Source: the human T2T-CHM13v2.0 reference genome, Homo sapiens
Length of the DNA stretch: 64,000 nt
Assembly (NCBI RefSeq): GCF_009914755.1
Contig: NC_060929.1
Strand: one strand, 5' to 3'
In this document: piece by piece, positions 15,885-29,506 of the stretch
Layout of the letters: every line of letters begins with the position of its first letter
Numbering within the stretch: position 1 is the stretch's first letter
The notes under the pieces: model-generated
The model's input: the letters and a program-made list of their open reading frames with translations, nothing else
The model's database searches: none
What the model was told of the DNA's origin: nothing
Translations under genes and position numbers: made by a program

Positions 15885-16480
15885 TTAAATAAACAAGTAT
15901 TTGTTGAATCTTACTTTATACCCGCCATTGTTCTGGCAACTGGGACCAAAATAAATGGAGATCCTCCTCTCCAGGAGCTTGGGTTCTCATGCAGTGTGAT
16001 AAACAGCAACAAACAAATGAATATGTAATATGTGAGAAGGAAATACGTGCTATGAAGAAAGTCTTGAAGACAGCAAGGGAGTGAGCTCTGGGGAAATCTG
16101 GGCAGAGGGAAAAGCACAAAAGCTCCAAGGTAAGATTACCCGTGTCAGGTTCAAGGAGCAGAAGCGGGACAGTGTGGCTGGAGCTGAGGGAGCAACAGGG
16201 AGAGAGCTGGGAGATGAAGTCCAGGAAGTGGTGGAATCCAGATCAGATAGAGCTTTTGCTTTTCCCCATGGGAGCCACAGGAGAGTCTTGAACAGAGGAG
16301 TGATATCATCTAACTACAGTTTCAAGGCTCCCTCGGGTTACCATGAGAGAATAGCACATAGAGGAGCAAGGCGGGAGGAGGGAGAACTTTCGAGACCATT
16401 GCTGTTGCACATCAGGAGTGATGATGGAAGCACTGGGGCTGGTGAGACGTCATTAGGTTCTGAATATATTTTGAAAGGAT
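15885..16480 (-). mobile_element. L2 LINE fragment
   Basis: 'aaacaagtatttgttgaatcttac', 'gggagccacaggagagtcttgaacagaggagtga' and 'tctgaatatattttgaaagg'. Confidence 0.8.
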
Positions 16481-17650
16481 AATTTTAATTGCACAACCTT
16501 GTTCCATTTGTCACAACATGTTCCCTTTTTAAACTGCAGTCTAAAAGCCACCTTCTCCAAGAAAGGCTTTAAATAACCTTATGGTCTCCAAGCCACTTAT
16601 ATAAACCCTCCTATTTTTCCTTAATCTGTACCCGCAAATTGCTTTTTTTCTTCTATAGACTAAAGGTCATTGCTGTCTTAGCCTAATAGAAACACAGGAA
16701 TTAAGTCAGCCAAGTGATATAACATGGCTACTTCCTAAGAAATGACAGTGGAGCAGGCTTAAAAGGCTCATCAGTCTAGAACACTCTTGTCTGATTAGGG
16801 CCTCCGTTCCGACAGCATCTTCACTGTGAAGTGAGACGACCTTGAGAATACAAAGTGATCAACCAGAACTCATCTTGTGGGTCCTCTGGTGTTTTTCCGA
16901 TTTTTAATTCAACATAGTGCACGGACTTCGATGTTCAAGTGACAGCTTAACCAGTTGTATTTAAATAATGGCATGAGCCTGTTCATCACTTGGTTAGAAG
17001 ACCAGGATGCACTGGTATTATAGCATTTATGCAAAAACCACAGAGACAGAAAACAGTATTTGAGAAAATGTGAGAAAGAATACAGAAAGGTCTGGAAAGA
17101 TATACACTAAAGTTTCAATGGTTACCTCTACCAAGTGACAGTTGGAACCAGGATGAGAAAGCAGGATGATTAAAGGACACTTTGCTTGATAGTAATGTAC
17201 AACCTACTTTTGAGAATAAATTATTCTTATTGTGTAGTTAACTTTTTAAAGGGTCCATTTTAGTTATTTGGCTCCTTCAGCACTATTGAGGCAGATGGAA
17301 TTCCATAATGTGTATAAAAAACAGTTTTATGGAACATTAATGCTTGTATTTCATATTCTACTTATAACCAAATATTAGAAATAGTTGAAAAGTTCCTTTC
17401 CAAGCTGATATTTAGATTCATGAAAGGAACACTGGACCCTTGGTGATAATGAATATAAATTTTCTTAATAACTGATACCCTCTATCATGTTCTATACTGA
17501 TACGGTTTGGCTGTGTCCCCACCCAAATCTCATCCTGAATTCCAGTGGAAGGTGACTGAATTATGGGGACTGGTCTTTTCTGTGCTGTTCTCATGATAGT
17601 GAATGAGTCTCATGAGATCTGATGACTAAAAAAAAAAAAAAAAAAAAAAA

Positions 17651-18157
<507 letters not shown>

Positions 18158-18731
18158 CTAATAATACAGTACATTGGTACCAGTAGAGTTGGGCATTGCT
18201 GAAAAGATACCTGAAAATGTGGAAGGTGACTCTTGTTATGTTTTAGCAAAGAGACTGGCAGCATTTTGCTTCTGCCCTAGAGATTTGTGGAACTTTGAAC
18301 TTGAGAGAGATGATTTAGGGTATTTGGCAGAAGAAATTTCTGAGCAGCAAAGCATTCAAGAGGAGACTTGGATGCTGTTAAAAGCATTCAGTTTTAAAAG
18401 GGAAACAGCATAAAAGTTTGAAAAATTTGCAGCCTGACAGTGCGATAGAAAAGAAAATCCCATTTTCTGAGGAGAAATTCAAGCCAGCTGCAGAAATTTA
18501 CATAAGTAATGAGGAGCCAAATGTTAATCCCCAAGACAATGGGAAAAATGTCCCCAGGGCATGTCAGAGGTCTTCATGATAGCCCCTCTTATCACAGGCC
18601 CAGAGGTCTAGGAAGAAAAAGTGGTTTCGTGGGCCAGGCCCAGGGTCCTCCAGCTGTGTGCAGCCTAGGGACTTGGTGCCCTGTGTCCCAGCCACTCCAG
18701 CTGTTGCAGAAAAGGGCCAACATAGATCTCA

Positions 18732-19341
<610 letters not shown>

Positions 19342-22089
19342 CTAGAATGGCAGATCCTCTGACAGCTCACACCTTGCACCCGGATAAGCCACAGACACTC
19401 AATGCCAGCCCACGAAAGCAGCCAGGAGGGAGGCTGTACCCTGCAAAGCCACAGGGGCAGAGCTGCCCAAGACTATGGGAACCTACTTGTTGCATCTGTG
19501 CGACCTGGATATGACACATGGACTCAAAGGAAATAATTTTGGAGCTTTAAGATTTGACTGCCCCACTGGATTTCGGACTTACAAGGGGCCTGTAGCCCTT
19601 TTGTTTTGGTCAATTTCTCCCATTTGGAATGGTTGTATTTACCCAATGCCTGTACCCGCATTGTACGTAGGAAGTAACTAACTTGCTTTTGATTTTACAG
19701 GCTCATAGGTGGAAGGGGTTTGCCTTGTCTCAAATGAGGCTTTGGACAGTGGACTTTTGAGTTAATGCTGAAATGAGTTAAGACTTTGGAGGACTGTTGG
19801 GAAGGCATGACTTGTTTTGAAATGTGAGGACATGAAATTTGGGAGGGGCCAGCGGCAGAACGATATGGTTTGGCTGTGTCCCCACCCAAATCTCATGTTG
19901 AATTCCCATGTGTTGTGGGAGAGACCCGGTGGGAGGCGATTGAATTATGAAGGCCAGTCTTTCCTGTGCTGTTCTTGTGATAGTGAATGAGACTCACGAG
20001 ATTTGGTGGTTAAGGAAAAAAAAAAAAAAAACAACAGAAGCTTCCTTGCACAAACTCTCTTTTTGCCTGCTGCCATCCACATAAGATGTGATTTACTCCT
20101 CCTTGCCTTCTGCCATGATTGTAAGGCCTCCCCAGCCATGTGGAACTGTAAGTCTAATTAATCTTCTTTCTTTTATAAATTGCCCAGTCTCAGGGATGTC
20201 TTTATCAGCAGTATGAAAATGGACTAATACATATACCATAAGAAAATCTGGCAAGAAAGCTAAAAGTTAACAGGAGAGGTTAACAGAAAACATGAGCTGA
20301 GCCCAGGAATGAAAAAATGGGGAATGGCATTCCTCATCAGGAAGCCCACAAAAAGAAACAGCAAGGAAATAAAATGGCTAGTGGAGGATGTGAATTTTAG
20401 CAGATGCTAAAGATAGAGAGATCCAGGACTTGTAGAATCATAGTTTCAAGAAGTAGTTCCTCTGGAGTTTCTTGTTTTCTTCTTTTATATTTAAATTCCC
20501 CATTGTGCAATCTAATTTCCTTAGCTCTCACAATAATGCTTTCACAGTAGAATCATTCTACATAACTTCAAAAAGAAATTCTTCATACATGAGGCATAGG
20601 ATGTCAGGAAGAGAGAGGGGGGAAAAACCCCTAAACAATGGGTAACAGTTGATAATAAATCCCATACAAGGCAAGGCATCACAAGGATGCAGCGTGTCTT
20701 CCGAGTACAACTGGCTTATGCCTTGACAGACTATGGGCTGGTGACAAGTTGAGGGATCTGTGGCTTGATAGACGTTTCCTAGGAAATGAGGATTCTGCAG
20801 TTGGTTTTCACTGTGCTGCCAAACTGTTCTGGGAAAAACAGATTTAGAGAAACCAATGAACTTCTTTATCTCCATGCTTCCCTGTGTCCACCAGAGCCAC
20901 ACTCATTCTGTAATCCCTGAGTCCAGCTTGTGGGCAGACACAAAGCAGCATGCTTACCTGATATAGTAAGATGAGCAGTAAACCCAAAGATTTAAATGAG
21001 GTACAGCTTTCTCACACAGCACAATGGTACACTGATGGCACAGCACCTGAATTTAATTGCTTCTACTACTTTGACTTTGGTGTTGAGGAGCATGGATATG
21101 TATGACAAACTCCTAATTCAACACTGTGAACTCATTTCTTGTTATTATGTTTCACTTGAAACTGTCTAAATGAGTTAGAATAACTCATTATTTTTTTCAC
21201 CCAAAGGGTTTGCCTGCTACATCTTGTTTTTATCTCAATTAATTTTGTGTCTGCTGGACTAACACAAATTACCACTTCCATGTCTTGCACTTTTGATGTA
21301 AAAATAAAGCTAATTTGGGAGGTGTTTAAAGCTTTATTAATATGTATATGGCCATTAGCAGCGCCTATGATGTTAGCAAGCTTCTTTCTAAAACTTAGAA
21401 ATTCTCCTTCTGATTCTGAGCTGCAGCATTCCCACTCTGACCACATCATTTTTAGCATTTTTCTTAGGGCACAAAGAGGAATTTCACACAGGGTCATAGA
21501 AAAGTTGGTTTGAGTTTTCCTACCATTTATCTTACCCATTCTGCTCAGTGAGTCAGACTTACATAATACATTTCTTTCTCTGATTTTCTTCAGAAATCCA
21601 GAGGCAGCACTTTCTCCCACGGAAGTGCATGGCTGCTGTGTAACAACCAAGCACTATTCCGCCTCTGTTTCCCCTTCTCCAGCCTGAACTTAGACTGGGC
21701 AAGTAAAAAAAGAGTCACGAGTATTCTAATGTGATACCGAAATACAGATGATGAGATTCTCTCTTAAAAGGAAGAAAGGATGCAAAGGACAAGATCCATA
21801 CTAAATAATGTGGCCTATGACTCCCTCTGCACTCCCCCTGTAAGTTCCCCCAGCCTTAAACAAAAAAGCCCACCAGTGCTTTCAGCATAGTAGGGCAGCT
21901 AAAGAAGACCAAAGAGGAAATGTGACCATCAATTGGGAATAATAGGTCCTGAGGCTAACCACATATAACAATGGAACAAGTAAAAGTAATTGAATTGTGC
22001 TTAGAGAAATGAGGATTGAGAAAAAGGCAGCATTGCATCAGTCTTTGAGAGTATGAAGCTATACAGCCAGTTTTCCTGAATACTTCTCC

Positions 22090-22276
22090 CAAGTCTTCCA
22101 TTTTCTGGATGTGTGACCTCAGGCATGTGATTTGACCACTCTGTGCCTTAATTTCTTCATTTGGAAGGTAGGGATAATATTTGCACTGTTCTCCCTGAGG
22201 TTTTATGAGCACTAAAAATCTAGTGAGTAAAAAAAAAAAACATTTACTTAGAATAGTGCCTGGCACATATTAAGTA
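22090..22276 (+). mobile_element. MIR
   Basis: 'gtgtgacctcaggcatgtgatttgaccactctgtgccttaatttcttcatttg…tagtgcctggcacata'. Confidence 0.7.
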
Positions 22277-22485
22277 TAGTCGATCCTCAGGTAACAGGGG
22301 TTTGAACTGTCTGAGTCAACTTATATGCAGATAAAAAAATACAGTATTAGTGGGTTACAAAACCCACATTTATGGATAGCCAACTTTTTGTATACTTGAG
22401 TTCCACAGGAATAAGCATGTGTAGATTTGGAATGGGGTGGGGGTAGTCCCAGAACCAATGCTCTGAGTATACCCAGGGTCAACTC
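22277..22485 (-). mobile_element. MER8 (TcMar-Tigger MITE)
   Basis: Ends resemble CAGTTGACCC and GGGTCAACTG; TA dinucleotides at 22275-22276 and 22486-22487; internal 'gggtttgaactg…acttatatgcagat'. Confidence 0.75.
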
Positions 22486-22794
22486 TACTCCATAAACATT
22501 TGTTGAATGGAAGGGTTTGGACAAACTAAGTCAAACATTAAACTGAATAGCAAGTAAGATATAATGTACATTAAAATGACAGGATCTGTAAGCTATTTCT
22601 AGCTACAGCCACAGAATTAAATAAATTTGAGAAGTAAAATGCAAAATAAAAGAGTTTTAATAGTTTTCTGCTATTAAAAAAGAGAAGGTTAAGATTAATT
22701 AAAACTAATCTTTAAAGTAGGTATTCCCACCATGTTTAGTAATAATTTGTCATTAATGCATATATATTAATCTGGCATCTTTCACATATTGCTT

Positions 22795-23455
22795 AGAGCT
22801 ATGCTAGCAAATATAATAGCCACTAGCTACATCAGGCTATTGACAGCTTAAAATGTGGCTGGTCCAAACTGAGATGTCCTGGCTGGGCGCAGTGGCTAAT
22901 GCCTGTAATCCCAGCACTTTGGGAGGCTGAGGCGGGCGGATCACCTCAGGTCAGGAGTTCGAGACCAGGCTGGCCAACATAGCGAAACCCTGTCTCTACT
23001 AAAAATACAAAAATTAGCCAGGTGTGGTGGCATGCACCTGTAGTCCCAGCTACTCCGGAGGCTGAGGCAGGAGAATCACTTGAACCCAGGAGGTGGGGTG
23101 GTTGCAGTGAGCCGAGATCACGCCACTGCACTGCAACCTGGGCAACAGAGAGAGACTGTCTCAAAAACAAACAAGCAAACAAACAAACAAAACAACCAAA
23201 AAACAACAACTACAAAAAACAAATTGAGATGTGCTATATGCATAAAATGTACATTACATTTCAAAGACCTAGTATGAGAAAAATAATGTAAAACCTCTCA
23301 TTAATAATTTTCAGTACTGATTACATACAAATGTTATGAGTTAAATAAAATGCAATGTTAATCATAATTTCACTTATTCTATTTATTTTAACACAGCTAT
23401 TAGAAAATTTAGATTACATACATGGCTCACATTTGTGGTCTGCATTACATTTGGA
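22795..23455. mobile_element. MER33 (hAT-Charlie) interrupted by an Alu
   Basis: 'tagccactagctacat…aaatgtggctggtccaaactgagatgt' resumes after the Alu as 'gagatgtgctatatgcataaaat…tattagaaaatttagattacatacatggctcacatttgtgg'. Confidence 0.75.
22881..23220 (+). mobile_element. AluS
   Basis: TSD AAA(C/T)TGAGATGT(C/G)CT at 22866-22880 and 23221-23235. Confidence 0.95.
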
Positions 23456-24069
23456 TCAATAAGGAATATAAACCGCACTATTATTACCACTACTTCAAAC
23501 TAACAGTTATTGAGTTCTTACTCTGCTAGATGTTTTAAATACATTATTTCTAGCATCACAATACCTCTGTATTTTCTCTCCTTTTATAAGATAAGATGTT
23601 CTCAGAGTATATATTGCCCCAAATCACAAAGCTACTAGTGTCAGGGGAGGAATGAATCCACATCTGTCTGAGTGCAAAGCCTGGTGCTTTCTCCTATACT
23701 AGAGACCACATGGAACTAGAAAGGCCTAAGCCCCCATTTGCCAACAGAAAAGGTAGGAAAAGAATTCACGAGCGACATAGTGCATATATGAAAAGCAAAA
23801 ATGTAAACTAGAAAAAGTATACTCATAAGGAGGCCATTTGCCATGTTTTCATAAAAAATTCAATAGAGAATTAATATAAAAGTGCTAAATCTGATACCTA
23901 GTTAACAGCAGAAAATGCTTAGATGTTATATAGCATGAACAATCAGAATACAACACTATCCATACACTTACTACAGCTCTGTAAAAGGATCTATATATCA
24001 TGAAAGAAGACTGACAGGGACATTCAAAATTGATAATATCTTTGAATAAAGGCAACTCAAAAATGAGCA

Positions 24070-24242
24070 GGTGGGGTGGGGACTTTGATCCTCAGGGGAC
24101 ATTTGGTAACATTGGGAGATACTTTTGATGGTCACAACTCAGGAGGTACTACTGGCATCTAGTGGACTGAGGCCAGGGATGCTTCTAAACATCCTACAAC
24201 GCATAAAACTACTTCCCAACCTGCTGAGATTAAGAAATCTTA
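24070..24242 (+). mobile_element. MER20 (hAT-Charlie)
   Basis: 'caggggacatttgg…tactggcatctagtgg…gaggccagggatgcttctaaacatcctacaa'. Confidence 0.8.
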
Positions 24243-26785
24243 TAATAGGGTAATGGTGTTACAAATTTCCTCCTCTACTTTCCACATTCGATAATGTTAA
24301 ATTGTCTTACTATACAAGAAACTAAATTAAAAAATATAAAAAAATTATTACTAAAAAAGTAACAGAAACTAAAGCATAATCGCCAACATAGAAGGTTATT
24401 TTATATATGGGGGTAGGTGCTGGGTAATACAAGAGGGTCCCTTAATATAGTAGCAAATTCCTTCTAAGTACTTCTTAGATTCACTAAAAACGACATCTGA
24501 AAAGGATATATGCAATTATACATAGATTAAAATTTGGCCGTGTTTCCTCAATCACTACTTGCCATTGGAATGACTGATTCAACATCTAACAGGAAATTGG
24601 CACTCCTTTCACTGTTGGGATAGCATTTGCTAAACATCAAAATATTTTTTCTCACTCCTTTGAGCAAGTAGTGCTTCACACGGGTGTTATTATTACTGAG
24701 ATTGACAATATATGCTGCTATTTACACTGCATTTAGGAAGAGATGGGAAGAGAGATTTTTCTGACAATTTTTTTCAGTATCTGCATCATTATGATAAAAA
24801 ACAGAAGCTTAAAACTTACACTTGTATAAATTCTGTGTAAAAACTACTCATTTTGTGAGCTTAACTATTTGTACTAACAGATTACCTGATTAAAGATTTC
24901 ACAAGAGTAAGTATATATGCCATGCTTGCAGGCATGAAAGAAAGGAAATCTGAAAGCTGTGTATATACTCATCTTTTTCTTCATTTATTCAGTTACATCA
25001 AAAAGGGGATTTCAGAATAAAAATATGTACAGGAAGAACCTATTTAAATAGGTTTATTGATGCTATAAGGAAGGCCTAATCACAGTCTATGAAATGCTTG
25101 TGCTACATCATTTGACCAGAGAAAACGCAAGTGCTCTTTTACTGAATATAGCCAGAGCAATGAACAATTTAGTTTTTTCCTCTCAGCATGAACCATCGTC
25201 TTGGTAATCTCCAGTAAACAGCACATTGCCTGGCACGTAGTGAGCACTCAATAAATGTTAGGTGAATGAATGAACATTTATAAAATCATACCATGTGCTA
25301 TCCAGAGTTGTGCCAAATCTCTTGACAAGAAGTCATATTTCAGTTCCCTTTCTCCTAAGTTTCACTCACACATTCATTCACTCACCAAAAACTTACTACT
25401 CACCTGTAAGTTTTTATAACATGTCACACACACCACCTTTATGATACTTATCACTGCTGTTTTAATTATTTGTTTGTAGGTCTATCTCTCCCACTAAAGT
25501 GTCAGCACTTCAAAGACAGAGACCATGTCTTGACACTTTGTTCTCTGATTTAATCTTCAATAAAGAGCTGGAGGATAAGAAAATAATGGTTCCAAGAACT
25601 TGCCTACAGTCTCATAATTTAAAAGTCGTAGAGCCATGATTTGAACTGAGGATGGCTCACTCCAAACTATCTTCTTCCCATTTTAACAGACTATAGAGAA
25701 AATGAGAGTGAAGGCAGAGTGTGGAATGAGAAGACTGTGAATTAAGACAAAACAAAGCAGAACAAAGAAGTTTTAGAAGCTAAGTAAGACCCAATCAGTG
25801 GGTTCTATTGCACCAGCACCAAGGAACAGAAAGCACAATTCAAGAAACTGATATGGACAACTGCAGAGACCTCAGAAATAGTCTCTAGAAAGTCAATGTA
25901 TCCAACATTTATGGAAAATCGACCACAACCATTTGGACCAATCTAGGTGAACTTTTTGAGGGGGAAGAACTGAATCTCTTTTCTGTTTCTTTATCTCTAA
26001 CTTATAATTTGTTGGAAGAATGAAAGACTGTATGACATAACCCTAGTGAAAGAGATCCCAGTCCTGTAGAGTGACCAACAGATAAAAGAGGTGAGATAAA
26101 TCCTATTAATAGGCAGCAAATTGTCAGACTGGAGAATTAGCCAAAACAAAGCAGACAAGAGATTCTGCAGTAAATTTATCCTAATTGGAATTTTCCAAGT
26201 ACAAAAAATTGAAATGCTTATCAGGGTCATGCCATCTCAATGTAATGATACCCTGAACAGGCTCTTAGTAAGTACAATATGTTAATATTGGTTTTATTTG
26301 TTGAAGACCAAATGGCAGCGTAATTAGGAAAATGAGTTCTGGAGCTCACTTCACTGCTTGACTTCTTAGCTCAGCTCTGCCATTTCCTAGCTACCTGACT
26401 TTAGGTAACTTAATAATGCCAGTTGAGAGCTATGCAAAGCAGAATAGTACCTAATACGATACACATGCTTAACAAATGTTTGCTGTTAATTGTATTGTCA
26501 TTTTCAAAATGTTATATTAACATATAAATTTTTAAAGAATCATGGGACTTCTTCAATGCGACATTCTAAAATTACTGAAAGTGAAAATATATTTTTTTAA
26601 ATATTTGGATAAATCCAGAAATCTGGAACATTTTCATTAATTCAAAATTAATGAAGTGAAGCCAAACAAATATGGATGATGAGGGTAATAATGATGATAA
26701 TAGTAATAATTCTTCTAAAACATAATTGTATGTACTATGGTTTGAATCTTTGTCCCCTCCAAAACTCATGTTAAAACTTAATCCT

Positions 26786-27093
26786 GGCTGGGCTCAGTGG
26801 CTCACGCCTATAATCCTAGCACTTTGGCAGGCCAAGGAGGGTGGATCACCTGAGGTCAGGAGTTGGAGACCAGCCTGGCCAACATGGCGAAACCCCGTCT
26901 CTACTAAAAATACAAAAATTAGCTGGGAGTGATGGCGAGTGTCTGTAGTCCCAGCTACTCGGGAGGCTTAGGCAGGAGAATCACTTGAACCTGGGAGGTG
27001 GAGGTTGCAGTGAGTCCAGATCACGCCAGCCTGGGTGACAACAGCAAAACGTCTCAAAAAAAAAAAAAAAAAAAAAAAAACCACGAAAAAACC
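26786..27093 (+). mobile_element. AluS (1st in MST LTR)
   Basis: TSD AAAACTTAATCC at 26773-26784 and 27094-27105. Confidence 0.95.
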
Positions 27094-27137
27094 AAAACTT
27101 AATCCCAAATATAACAGTATTAAAAGATAGGGAAGAC

Positions 27138-27480
<343 letters not shown>

Positions 27481-27604
27481 TAAGAGGTGTTTGGTCATGA
27501 AGGGTTTTGCCCTTATGAATGGAGTAGCCCATTCATAGATTAATGGATTATCATGGGAGTGGTTTAGTTATCAAGGGAAGGGGTCTGTTATAAAAGTTGG
27601 TTTG

Positions 27605-27946
<342 letters not shown>

Positions 27947-28054
27947 TCACCTCGGGACTCTGTAAAGAGTCCCCACCAGCAAAAGGCCCTCACCAGATGT
28001 GGCTCCTCCACCTTGGGCTTCCCAGCCTCCAGGACTATAAGAAATACATTTCTT

Positions 28055-28676
<622 letters not shown>

Positions 28677-29182
28677 AAGAAATACATTTCTTTTGTTTAT
28701 AAATTACCCAGTCTCAGGTATTCAATTATAGCAACAGCAAGTGGACTAAGTATGATTATGTGTGCATGTCTGCTTAAAATGGTATCTTTAGATATACCAA
28801 TAAATAAATGTTTTTAATTAGAAAAAATGATGAGAAGCCTGAAAATATACACATTGAACATCTCAAATTTCAAAGGAGAAGAGCAAATCACTCCCATAAG
28901 ATTTCAAAGTGACAGGTAATCACAGGCAAGATAAATAACAGTTACAGTTCAGTCTAAATCAGATTTTTTTTTCAAGTATAGATGCTCTCTCTCTTCCACC
29001 GCCTTTCCCCCCCCCCCCGCAAAGCCAGACCCAACCTCTGCATTCAAGTAGGAAACCTGGAAGTCTCAAAGGAATTTTTGGTACACTATTGTTCAGAAGC
29101 ACTTTTTGGTACATTAATGTTCAGAACCTCCTACTGAACTGTGTCAGGGAAAGTGGAAGCTGATTAGAAAATAAGAGCTACC

Positions 29183-29506
<324 letters not shown>

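Noticed and set aside
16081-16482. 133-aa ORF
   Set aside because: It lies antisense within a decayed L2 fragment, starts at GTG and shows no protein similarity.
16770-16990. Minus-strand GTGATGA…CTGA resembling C/D snoRNA boxes
   Set aside because: Spacing exceeds 200 nt, with no terminal stem and no recognisable guide sequence.
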